Shown here piece by piece: positions 11,832 through 19,454 of a DNA stretch of 64,000 nt. Position 1 is the first letter of the stretch; each line of letters opens with the position of its first letter. Position numbers and translations under genes: made by a program. Below the pieces are notes generated by a model that was not told where the DNA came from, did no database searches, and worked only from the letters and a program-made list of their open reading frames with translations. Origin of the DNA: Actinomycetes bacterium (lineage in GTDB: Bacteria > Actinomycetota > Acidimicrobiia > Acidimicrobiales > RAAP-2); NCBI GenBank assembly GCA_021831125.1, contig JAKBNI010000001.1, positions 13,659 to 77,658 on the forward strand, given 5' to 3'.

Positions 11832-13496
11832 GTGGGTCGACGGCTCGAGCGACGGGCGCTCCTCGTCGCGGCCCTGGCCCTGACGTCGCTGGTCTACCCG
11901 GCGCTCTCGAGCGACGCCGCGCGGACCCCCGGGGGGACCAACGAGAACTCCCACACCCTGGTCGTCTCGCTGCCCGGACCCTTCTCGGGCTGCACCTACC
12001 TCGACCAGGCCGCCACGGCGAGCGACGACGCGTTGAACGACCTCGTGACCCCCTCGGCCTTCACGACCCTGCCCACGGGGGTGCTCGTCGGCGAGGGCGG
12101 GCCGATCGCCTCGGCCGAACTGACCTCGCTCTCGCCCGAGACCGTGCGCTACAGCGTCGCCCCCCACCAACGCTGGAGTGACGGGCGCCCCTTCAGCGCC
12201 CGCGACCTGGTGGCGTGGTGGCAGCGGGCCCGCCAGCTCGCGAGCGTGGCGAGCGACGGCTACCGGGCCATCGCCTCGATGCGCGTGTCGGACCACGGGC
12301 TGGTGGCGACGGCGGTCTTCGCCCACCCCTACGCGACGTGGACGCTGCTCTTTCGCGACGTGGAGGCGCCCACCGCGAGCGCCGGCTGCTCGATCGCCGC
12401 GTTCGCCGCGCGGCCCACCCTCGGGCCCTACGAGGTGCGCAGCGCCACCGCCCGCCGGGTGGTGCTCGTGATGAACCCCCGCTGGCCCCTCGACCCCAAC
12501 CGCTTCGGCCGGGTCGTGGTGACCACCTCGCGCACCCTGCCCAAGCGCGCGAGCACGATCTACGCCGGGTTCTCCACGACCGTCAACCAGGCCGAGGTGC
12601 TCGCGACGACCTCGGACCCGGCCGTCCAGAGCCGCATCGGCTCGGCCTCGGGGATCGAGGAGCTGACCCTCTCCCCACGCAGCGCCACGACGGCCCCGAT
12701 CGCGGTGCGCGAGGCCCTCAGCTGGTCGATCCTGCGTCAGGGCCTCATCGACACGATCTACGGGGCCTACACCTACGAGCCCGCGGCCGCCCAGTCGGCC
12801 CTCTACTCCCAGGGGCAGGCCCAGTACCCGGGATTCGGGGGGACGAACCCCTCGAACACCACGACCACGACCACCATCCCCGACGCGACGACCAACGGCC
12901 TGCACGACTGCCCGGCCTGTGCGGCTCAGGTGCTCTCGGCCAACGGCTTCGCCCGGGGGGCCCACGCCTGGCTCACTCCTCAAGGACGGCGTCTCGTGGT
13001 GCGACTGGCCATCGGCCCGAGTCACCTCGACCACACCGTGGCGTACCTCATCGAGCGCGACTGGGCGCGCGCGGGAATCCTCTCCACCTCGGTGCCCGAG
13101 ACGACCGAGGTGGCCACAGCCCAGGCCGTCGCGACCGGCCGGGTCGACGCCGGGGTCCTCGTGCGCCCGACCATCGAGGGGCCGTCGTACACGGCGCGGT
13201 CGTTCGTGGGCGCGGCGTACCCGGACACGTACCCCTCGGGGGTGCGCCTCGCGGGGGTGGTCGACCAGTACAACGCGGCCATCGCGAACTTCAACCCGGC
13301 TACGGCAACCTCGTCGTGGTTGGCCCTCGACCGCGACGTCATGAGTCTCTTCTGGGTGCGGCCCCTCTTCACCCCGCCCTCGCTCGAGGTCTGGTCGACC
13401 CAACTCTCGGTGGTCGCGGCGACCTTCAGCGCGCCGAGTTTCCTCGACCAGGTGCCCACCTGGACCGTGCTGCCGCCCACGACGACCGGGTCGTAG
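11832..13496 (+). CDS. ABC transporter substrate-binding protein, family 5 (OppA/DppA-like), divergent
   Basis: Signal peptide; RWSDGRPFSARDLVAWW motif; LGPYEV; VREALS. Confidence 0.75.
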   Translation: MGRRLERRALLVAALALTSLVYPALSSDAARTPGGTNENSHTLVVSLPGPFSGCTYLDQAATASDDALNDLVTPSAFTTLPTGVLVGEGGPIASAELTSLSPETVRYSVAPHQRWSDGRPFSARDLVAWWQRARQLASVASDGYRAIASMRVSDHGLVATAVFAHPYATWTLLFRDVEAPTASAGCSIAAFAARPTLGPYEVRSATARRVVLVMNPRWPLDPNRFGRVVVTTSRTLPKRASTIYAGFSTTVNQAEVLATTSDPAVQSRIGSASGIEELTLSPRSATTAPIAVREALSWSILRQGLIDTIYGAYTYEPAAAQSALYSQGQAQYPGFGGTNPSNTTTTTTIPDATTNGLHDCPACAAQVLSANGFARGAHAWLTPQGRRLVVRLAIGPSHLDHTVAYLIERDWARAGILSTSVPETTEVATAQAVATGRVDAGVLVRPTIEGPSYTARSFVGAAYPDTYPSGVRLAGVVDQYNAAIANFNPATATSSWLALDRDVMSLFWVRPLFTPPSLEVWSTQLSVVAATFSAPSFLDQVPTWTVLPPTTTGS

Positions 13497-13514
13497 GCGT
13501 CGTGAGGCGTCGGC

Positions 13515-13520
13515 TAGAAT
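13515..13520 (+). promoter_or_regulatory. probable -10 element (TAGAAT) of tRNA-Leu
   Basis: TAGAAT 10 nt upstream of the tRNA 5' end. Confidence 0.5.
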
Positions 13521-13530
13521 GGGTTCCCAC

Positions 13531-13617
13531 GTCGGAGTGGCGGAATAGGCAGACGCGCCAGCTTGAGGGGCTGGTGCCCGAAAGGGCGTGTGGGTTCAAG
13601 TCCCGTCTCCGACACCA
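13531..13617 (+). tRNA. tRNA-Leu (anticodon GAG)
   Basis: Acceptor GTCGGAG/CTCCGAC-A-CCA; anticodon arm CCAGC-TTGAGGG-GCTGG; long variable arm GCCC-GAAA-GGGC; GGTTCAAGTCC T-loop. Confidence 0.97.
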
Positions 13618-13619
13618 GA

Positions 13620-13650
13620 TTGTACGAAAGTAAGGCTCATGTTGTACAAT
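13620..13650 (+). promoter_or_regulatory. TA operon promoter/operator (TTGTAC ... TTGTACAA palindrome overlapping -10 TACAAT)
   Basis: TTGTAC at 13620 and TTGTACAA at 13642-13649; TGTACA cores are known YefM-family operators; TACAAT lies 6 nt before ATG 13657. Confidence 0.6.
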
Positions 13651-13656
13651 ATTGGC

Positions 13657-13905
13657 ATGAGCAGAATCTCCGTCAGCAAGGCGCGCGACAGGCTCTCAGA
13701 AGTCGTAGAGATGTCTCGATCCGAGCCCGTCGTTCTGGAGCATTACGGTCGCGCGGCCGCAGTGGTGGTGAGCCCGGACCGCTACGACGAGATGCTTGAA
13801 GCGTATGAAGAGTCGCTAGACGTAGAGGCGTTTGACGCTGCACTATCCGAAGAGGGGGAAAACATCCCCTGGGAGCAGGTGAAGATCGATCTCGGCTGGT
13901 CGTGA
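13657..13905 (+). CDS. type II antitoxin, Phd/YefM family
   Basis: ISVSKARDRLSEVV...EPVVLEHYGRAAAVVVS; acidic C-terminus; coupled to the toxin gene. Confidence 0.92.
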   Translation: MSRISVSKARDRLSEVVEMSRSEPVVLEHYGRAAAVVVSPDRYDEMLEAYEESLDVEAFDAALSEEGENIPWEQVKIDLGWS

Positions 13906-14159
13906 GTGAGTATCGAATTGAATTTAGACCGGCAGCTTTGCGCGAGATTCGAAGAATCGACCGGTCCGCTCAGCCGCGTATTCAAGGCGCGATCGCACTT
14001 CTCGCGCACGATCCTCGCCCGCCCGCGTCTCGCCCGCTTCGTGGACGTCCCGGTTACCGTCTACGAGTTGGCGACTACCGCGTCATCTACACCATTGACG
14101 ACGGGATCCTTCTGATTGTTGTCGTCACAATCGGACACCGACGCGACGTCTACCAGTAG
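13902..14159 (+). CDS. type II toxin, RelE/ParE family
   Basis: YRIEF...PRP...YRLRVGDYRVIY...IGHRRDVY. Confidence 0.93.
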   Translation: MSEYRIEFRPAALREIRRIDRSAQPRIQGAIALLAHDPRPPASRPLRGRPGYRLRVGDYRVIYTIDDGILLIVVVTIGHRRDVYQ

Positions 14160-14194
14160 TCAGTTGCGCATATCTGGTTGCTTCCACGTGCAAG

Positions 14195-14377
14195 CGCCAA
14201 TGTGCGGTAGCGGATCCGTTGCTTCGAGTCTCCGACACCAACACTTCACCGCATGAGCCGCTAGTGTGCGGTAGCGGAGTCGTCTTGACCCGTCTCCGAC
14301 ACCAACAACGCCGAGTCATCCTGCGAGACGCCAGTGACATGTAGCGGACCCGTTAACTCGTGTCTCCGACACCAACA
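14195..14377 (+). repeat. three tandem 49-bp degenerate repeats ending in the tRNA-Leu 3' end (14195-14243, 14259-14307, 14329-14377)
   Basis: Consensus CGCYARTG-N4-GTAGCGGA-N13-GTCTCCGACACCAACA; spacers 15 and 21 nt. Confidence 0.9.
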
Positions 14378-14479
14378 GGTTGCGGTCCCATTGAAGTCAT
14401 CAAAGTACCTGAGCGGGGTCGTCGTCTCACTCGACAAGGTGCGGGATGCAGGCACGTTCACCGATGCGAGGATGCGTTC

Positions 14480-15004
14480 GTGCAGAGTGAGAACCTCCGG
14501 GACGAGTTCGGACTCGAGACGGATCGCTTGCTGCTCAGACCTTGGCGGATGTCAGAGGGTGTCATCTTGCGCGAGATATGGTCGGAGCGCGATCCACGGG
14601 TGCCGCCGCACCGCCGCATCGACGCGCTCGGCAACCCCACGGTGGCACACCTGGAAAGGGAGATAATCGCCTATAAGCCCGCGTCGGTCGGACTGCTTGC
14701 TGTCGAGCTGAAAGAGACCGGGCGCGTCATCGGCTACAGCGGTCTAATTGACAGCGGGCGCGGAGCGCGCGAGCCGGAACTAGCGTATGAGTTGTTGCGT
14801 CGGCATTGGGGTCGCGGATACGCGACGGAAGCCTCGTGGGCAATACTGAACTGGGCGAGATCGTCACGATACGAGCGTCTTTGGGCCACCGTCTGGGACT
14901 GGAATGCAGGCACACGCCGAGTGCTCGCGAAGATCGGGTTTGTCGAAGTGGGTTTCGAGATGACGACTCACGGGACCAACATCGTGACCACGAAGTTCCT
15001 GTGA
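14480..15004 (+). CDS. GNAT N-acetyltransferase, RimJ/RimL family
   Basis: LETDRLLLRPW, ELAYELLRRHWGRGYATEA, RVLAKIGF; start uncertain. Confidence 0.88.
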   Translation: MQSENLRDEFGLETDRLLLRPWRMSEGVILREIWSERDPRVPPHRRIDALGNPTVAHLEREIIAYKPASVGLLAVELKETGRVIGYSGLIDSGRGAREPELAYELLRRHWGRGYATEASWAILNWARSSRYERLWATVWDWNAGTRRVLAKIGFVEVGFEMTTHGTNIVTTKFL

Positions 15005-15061
15005 CCCTGGCCATTCGTTCACACGTCCGTCGTGAGGTCGGGTCAGTTTGCCGGCGCGAGC

Positions 15062-15179
15062 CTCCAATGCCCGGTAGCAGACTCGTCTTGAACCTTCTCC
15101 GACAGTAACAACCCGAGTCATCCTGAGAGCCGCCAGTGACTGTTAGCGGACCCGTCTACTCGCGCCTCCGACACCAGCA
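15062..15179 (+). repeat. two further 49-bp repeat copies (15062-15110, 15131-15179)
   Basis: Same consensus; spacer ACCCGAGTCATCCTGAGAGC matches the 14308-14328 spacer, so block 14259-14377 is duplicated here. Confidence 0.85.
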
Positions 15180-15568
15180 CCAGTCGTTCAAGTCATGACC
15201 TGTCCTTGCGTGTAACCAGTTGGCTCTGGCCGCGATACGCACGCGTGAACTCGATGTGGCAACTCATGTGGGCGCCGGGCCCGACAGTGCGACGCGGCTC
15301 GGTCAGATGTGGCGACACCACCGTTCCGCAGTGGGGAGCCTCGAAGTGGGGGCCAGTGTCGCGCGTCGTCTCGTGGCTCGCCGTCTCCCCGGGGACGTTC
15401 GAAGGAGGAAGCTCTCGCTTGGGGGTGAGAGCGAAGTCCCCCGCGTCGCCCGAGGGTGGCGGCAGCTCTCCATCGTCCAGTGAACCCTCTCACGAGCAGC
15501 GTGCGTCTGCCGGGACGTCAGCACAGTGATTCACTGTGGAGAGACCCATGCTTTCCGGGAGGGGCGGT

Positions 15569-16345
15569 GTGACGGCATTCCAGGTTGACCGACACTGGTA
15601 CGGCGCTGACGCTTCTCAGTACGCGGAGCTCTATCGCCCCCACGGGCGAGCAAGGCACACGGTGGTCGTGCTCTTCCACGGAGGCTTCTGGCGATCGGCC
15701 TACGGCGCGGACCACCTCGCGGGTGTCGCGGCGGACCTGGCAGGGCGGGGCTGGGTGGTGTGGAACGCGGAGTACCGACGGGTGGGCAACGGCGGCGGGG
15801 CGAGTGAGACGCTCGCCGACGCGTCGGCGGCCGTCGACGCCCTGGCCGAGGTCGCGGAGACGCGCGCCCGGCGGGTCGTCGTGGTCGGCCACAGCGCCGG
15901 AGGCCATCTAGCGACCTGGGTGGCCGGTCGGGGCGCCGCGGCCCGTGCGGGACTCGGGCCGGCGCCGCGAGTGGAGGTGGAGGCCGTCGTGAGCCTGGCC
16001 GGCGTCCTCGACCTGACCAGGGCCGCCACGGAAGCCATCGGCGAAGGTGCGACCGTCTCTTTCATGGGCGGTCCGCCGGAGGACCTCCCCGACCTCTACA
16101 CACTCGCGGACCCTCTCGCACGGATCCCGATCGACGCGGTCGTGCGATGCGTGCACGCGAGGTCCGACCAACGGGTGCCCTTCGCCCAGAGCGAGACGTA
16201 CGTGACCCTCGCCCGAGCGGCCGGAATGGACGCGACGCTCATCGAGGCGACGGGCGATCACTTCTCCGTGGTGGACACGGCCGCCGCGGACTGGTCGGTG
16301 GTCCTGGAGGTCCTGGAGGGTCTCTCCGCGGCATCCAACTCGTGA
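15569..16345 (+). CDS. alpha/beta hydrolase (esterase/lipase-like)
   Basis: HGGFW oxyanion motif, GHSAGG nucleophile elbow, DQRVP, GDHF; start uncertain (15536-15569). Confidence 0.9.
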   Translation: MTAFQVDRHWYGADASQYAELYRPHGRARHTVVVLFHGGFWRSAYGADHLAGVAADLAGRGWVVWNAEYRRVGNGGGASETLADASAAVDALAEVAETRARRVVVVGHSAGGHLATWVAGRGAAARAGLGPAPRVEVEAVVSLAGVLDLTRAATEAIGEGATVSFMGGPPEDLPDLYTLADPLARIPIDAVVRCVHARSDQRVPFAQSETYVTLARAAGMDATLIEATGDHFSVVDTAAADWSVVLEVLEGLSAASNS

Positions 16346-16917
16346 GGAGGACGGCGATCGCTCGAGACGGTGCACGGCGAGGGCGCGACGGGTCCTCGAG
16401 CTCCGCGAGGACTCCGCGGCGCGGTCGCGGCGCGGCGCTGGTCGCCCTCGCGGGACTGGTCGTGGCGGCGTGCGCCCGAGTCCCCGCCCCTTCGGCCCAT
16501 CACGGCGTGGGCCGCGCTGGCGGCGTCCTCTACGAGGGGCGCGACTCGAAGAGCGAGCGTCAGCTCCTCCTCATCGCCCGGGCGTTCAACGACGCCTACC
16601 AGCAGAACCGCGACCGAGCCGTCTACGCGCGGTGGGATGCCCGCAGCCGCGCCGTCATCTCCGAGGCGGCCTACCTCCGGCGTCACCGGGAGTGCCCGAA
16701 CGACCCACGCACGCGGGTCGACACGTGGGGCGTCTCGCGCGGGCCGCGGGGGGCGTGGCTGGTCCACTACGCCATCGACGGCCAGGAGCTCACGGACTGG
16801 TGGTACTACGTCGCGGGGCGTTTCGTCTTCGACCTCGCCCGCTCGAACCCCTCGGCCGTCGCCCTCTACCGGGCGTCGACTGCGCGCTACCTCGCCTTGT
16901 CGGGCTGCGGGTCCTGA
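16342..16917 (+). CDS. putative lipoprotein of unknown function
   Basis: Basic N-terminus, hydrophobic stretch and lipobox-like VVAAC; GC3-rich codons; GTGA overlap. Confidence 0.6.
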   Translation: MRRTAIARDGARRGRDGSSSSARTPRRGRGAALVALAGLVVAACARVPAPSAHHGVGRAGGVLYEGRDSKSERQLLLIARAFNDAYQQNRDRAVYARWDARSRAVISEAAYLRRHRECPNDPRTRVDTWGVSRGPRGAWLVHYAIDGQELTDWWYYVAGRFVFDLARSNPSAVALYRASTARYLALSGCGS

Positions 16918-16955
16918 CGCGGGCCGAGCGGGGACCAGCCCAGTCCGAGGGGAGG

Positions 16956-18041
16956 CTAGGTGCGTCCGACCGAGACCGCGAGGGTCACCCCTTCGCCCTG
17001 GAGGGTCATCTCTTCGAGGACGACCCGGAACGAGGCGTCCCCGAGAGCGATGACGCTGCTCGCCGCCGTGGTCGAACGGGTCGAAACCGAGAAGCCCTTG
17101 GACTCGAGGCGGGCGACGTAGGTGGCGAGGGCGCGGGACGAGGTCTCGGTGAGCAGCGCGTACCACTTGGTCGGGCTGAGTCGTGTGGCGCTCATGATCG
17201 TGCCCGGGGGCGCGGGCACGGCAGAGGGGAAACCCGAAGGCAAGCGGCCCGAGACGCTCGAGGGCGGCGCCGGGACGGTCGTCGTCGGCGAGGACGTCGC
17301 GGGACCCTTGGGGACTCGAATCTCCCCGACACGACCGATCGAGGTGACCGAGAACGTCTCGGACTTGCCGGCGAGTCCGATCGCGCCCGCGGCCGAACCC
17401 CCGGCCACCCCTTCGGTGAACGAGAGGAGGGCGCCGTCCCGGCCGACACAGGCCCGCTCGGAGACGGCGAAGACGCCCTGAGAGGCCGCGGGGGAGCGCA
17501 GGTCGTAGACCGTGCCACGCTGTCCCGCGACCCGACACGCTCCGGCGGTGTCGACGCGTACCCCGGCCACGTGCTGCGTGCTGACAAGGGCCTCGGCCCA
17601 CGTCTCTTCGCCGTTGAGGTGGGTGAGCCCCTCGGGTGTCTTGAAGGCGATCTTGGTGACCGCGGGGAGCCCCTTGACGAGGGAGTACCCGTGGCCGCCT
17701 ACGTCGTAGGTGGTCACCGACGGACCCCGGGACGCGACCGAGACCGTGAGGCGCCAGTCGGTCGGACCGTGGACCTCGCCGACGGCGGTGACCCCCTGCG
17801 AGGACTTCGCGTAGCCGTAGGTGAAGGTGTAGTCGCGCAGCCCCGCCAGACGCGCGAGGCTGAAGTCACCCTTCACGGAGCGCGAGCTCGCGATCCGTCG
17901 AGAAGGAGTCCGTGGGGTCACGGCGGCGCCCGAGGCGACGAAGGGCGCCAGGGCGAGCGAGGCGGCGAGCGCCAGCGCGCCCGTCGCGAGATACCTCGCG
18001 CCGACGAGCGCCGAGGGAGGGTCGACGCGTCGGCGGGTCAC
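16956..18041 (-). CDS. secreted hypothetical protein (two domains, Ser/Thr/Pro linker)
   Basis: Signal peptide (LAPFVASGA); TSSPTTTVPAPP linker; LPSGFPSAVPAP C-terminal domain; -10 TAGCGT 6 nt before GTG. Confidence 0.7.
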   Translation of the reverse strand: MTRRRVDPPSALVGARYLATGALALAASLALAPFVASGAAVTPRTPSRRIASSRSVKGDFSLARLAGLRDYTFTYGYAKSSQGVTAVGEVHGPTDWRLTVSVASRGPSVTTYDVGGHGYSLVKGLPAVTKIAFKTPEGLTHLNGEETWAEALVSTQHVAGVRVDTAGACRVAGQRGTVYDLRSPAASQGVFAVSERACVGRDGALLSFTEGVAGGSAAGAIGLAGKSETFSVTSIGRVGEIRVPKGPATSSPTTTVPAPPSSVSGRLPSGFPSAVPAPPGTIMSATRLSPTKWYALLTETSSRALATYVARLESKGFSVSTRSTTAASSVIALGDASFRVVLEEMTLQGEGVTLAVSVGRT

Positions 18042-18129
18042 GCGCTCACGCTAGTCGGGGACCTCGCGCCCGGGCACTCCCTTGGGTAACGTGGCGGCGG
18101 CCGAAGTCGTCGAGTCGGGGAAGGTGGGG

Positions 18130-18693
18130 ATGCGCGCGGTCGTCCTCCAGCAGTACGCGGTGTCGCTCGACGGGTTCAGCTGCGCGGACGACTCAGAGTT
18201 CCAGAGCTTCGTCTTCGCGCTCGACGACCCGGCGCTCGACGAGGCGTTCATCGATCTGCTGGGCCGCGCGAGCACTCACGTCATGGGCCGGGTCGCCTAC
18301 GAGGGGATGTCGCGCCACTTCCCGGGTTTGGCCGGACCGGTGGCCGACGCGATGAACGCGGTGCCCAAGGTCGTCTTCTCGAAGTCTCTCGCGAGCGCCG
18401 ACTGGCCCGACTCTCGCGTGGCCCGGGGCGACCTGGCCGAGGAGATCGGGGCGCTCAAGAGCGAGGGCGACGGGGAGATCCTCGCCCACGGCGGCTACCG
18501 CCTCGCCCAGTCCCTGGTGCGACAGGGACTCGTCGACGTCATCCGGCTCTTCGTCTTCCCGGTGGCCCTGGGCCACGGGACCTCGATCTTCGCGGGAGTC
18601 GACCGGCTCACGCCGTACCACCTGGCGTCGAGCACCCCCTTCCCCTCGGGCGTGGTGCTCCAGGTGCTGAGTCGAGACCGGCCCCTGGACTGA
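18130..18693 (+). CDS. dihydrofolate reductase family / RibD C-terminal domain protein
   Basis: VSLDGF, MGRVAYE, PKVVFSKSL, HGGYRLAQSL, PVALGHG. Confidence 0.9.
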   Translation: MRAVVLQQYAVSLDGFSCADDSEFQSFVFALDDPALDEAFIDLLGRASTHVMGRVAYEGMSRHFPGLAGPVADAMNAVPKVVFSKSLASADWPDSRVARGDLAEEIGALKSEGDGEILAHGGYRLAQSLVRQGLVDVIRLFVFPVALGHGTSIFAGVDRLTPYHLASSTPFPSGVVLQVLSRDRPLD

Positions 18694-18706
18694 GTCGCCC
18701 GCGTCG

Positions 18707-19312
18707 CTAGGTGCGCTCGAGGTCGGCCAGCCACGCCACGACCGAGGGCGTTCCTCGACCCGGATTGATGCTCAGGCCGACGCGCGTGAGGCTCTCGAAG
18801 CGCCATCCCGTGGCGAAGGCGACGTGGAGCTCCTGCTCGCTGATCCGGCGCGGCCCCCAGTCTCCGGGCTCGTCGTCGCTGAAGCACAGGAGGTGGAAGT
18901 GACCACCCACGCGCAGGACCGAGCGAACGGACGCGACGTAGCGGGCCTGGTCGTCGTCGTCAAAGACGTGGAAGAGCCCCGAGTCGATCACGGTGTCAAA
19001 GGTCTCGCCGAGGGTCTCGAGGCTGAGGGCGTCGTGAACGTCGAAGCGTGCCTCGACCCCACGTTCGGCCGCCTTGGCCCGGGCGGTGGCGATGGCGCGG
19101 GGCGAGAGGTCGACGCCGCGGGCGCGCGCGCCGTGGCGCGCGGCGAGGATGGTGTGCTCGCCGGTGCCACAGCCCGCGTCGAGCAGCGCCCCCGCGAGCG
19201 CTCCCGTGTCGGCCAGGCGGGCGAGGGCCGGTTGGGGACGGCCGATGTCCCAGGGGGGAGGGGGACCGCCGTAGGCGTCATCCCACTCGCGTGAGGCATC
19301 GGTGGAGGCCAC
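18707..19312 (-). CDS. class I SAM-dependent methyltransferase
   Basis: PPWDIGRPQP, LDAGCGTG, FDTVIDSGLFH. Confidence 0.92.
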   Translation of the reverse strand: MASTDASREWDDAYGGPPPPWDIGRPQPALARLADTGALAGALLDAGCGTGEHTILAARHGARARGVDLSPRAIATARAKAAERGVEARFDVHDALSLETLGETFDTVIDSGLFHVFDDDDQARYVASVRSVLRVGGHFHLLCFSDDEPGDWGPRRISEQELHVAFATGWRFESLTRVGLSINPGRGTPSVVAWLADLERT

Positions 19313-19454
19313 GGCGCAGTCTGGCACGCCGAGAGAGAGTCCGGGGGACCGGTGCGACGACCCGCGGGACGGCCCGGGTCCCTGGGCGGTGGCGTGACCC
19401 GCGAGCTCGTCCGAGGGGATAGTCTCAGCCGCGGGTCGACCTCCGGGGGGAAGG

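Noticed and set aside
14195-15179. CRISPR array interpretation of the 49-bp repeats
   Set aside because: Repeats are degenerate, spacers are only 15-21 nt and one is duplicated, no cas genes are present, and the repeat end equals the tRNA 3' end
14195-15179. Additional functional tRNA genes or dif/attC sites
   Set aside because: No cloverleaf or intact T-loop; no match by eye to the dif consensus or to attC RYYYAAC/GTTRRRY ends
15188-15529. Short ORFs on both strands after the repeats
   Set aside because: No RBS, motif or codon-bias support
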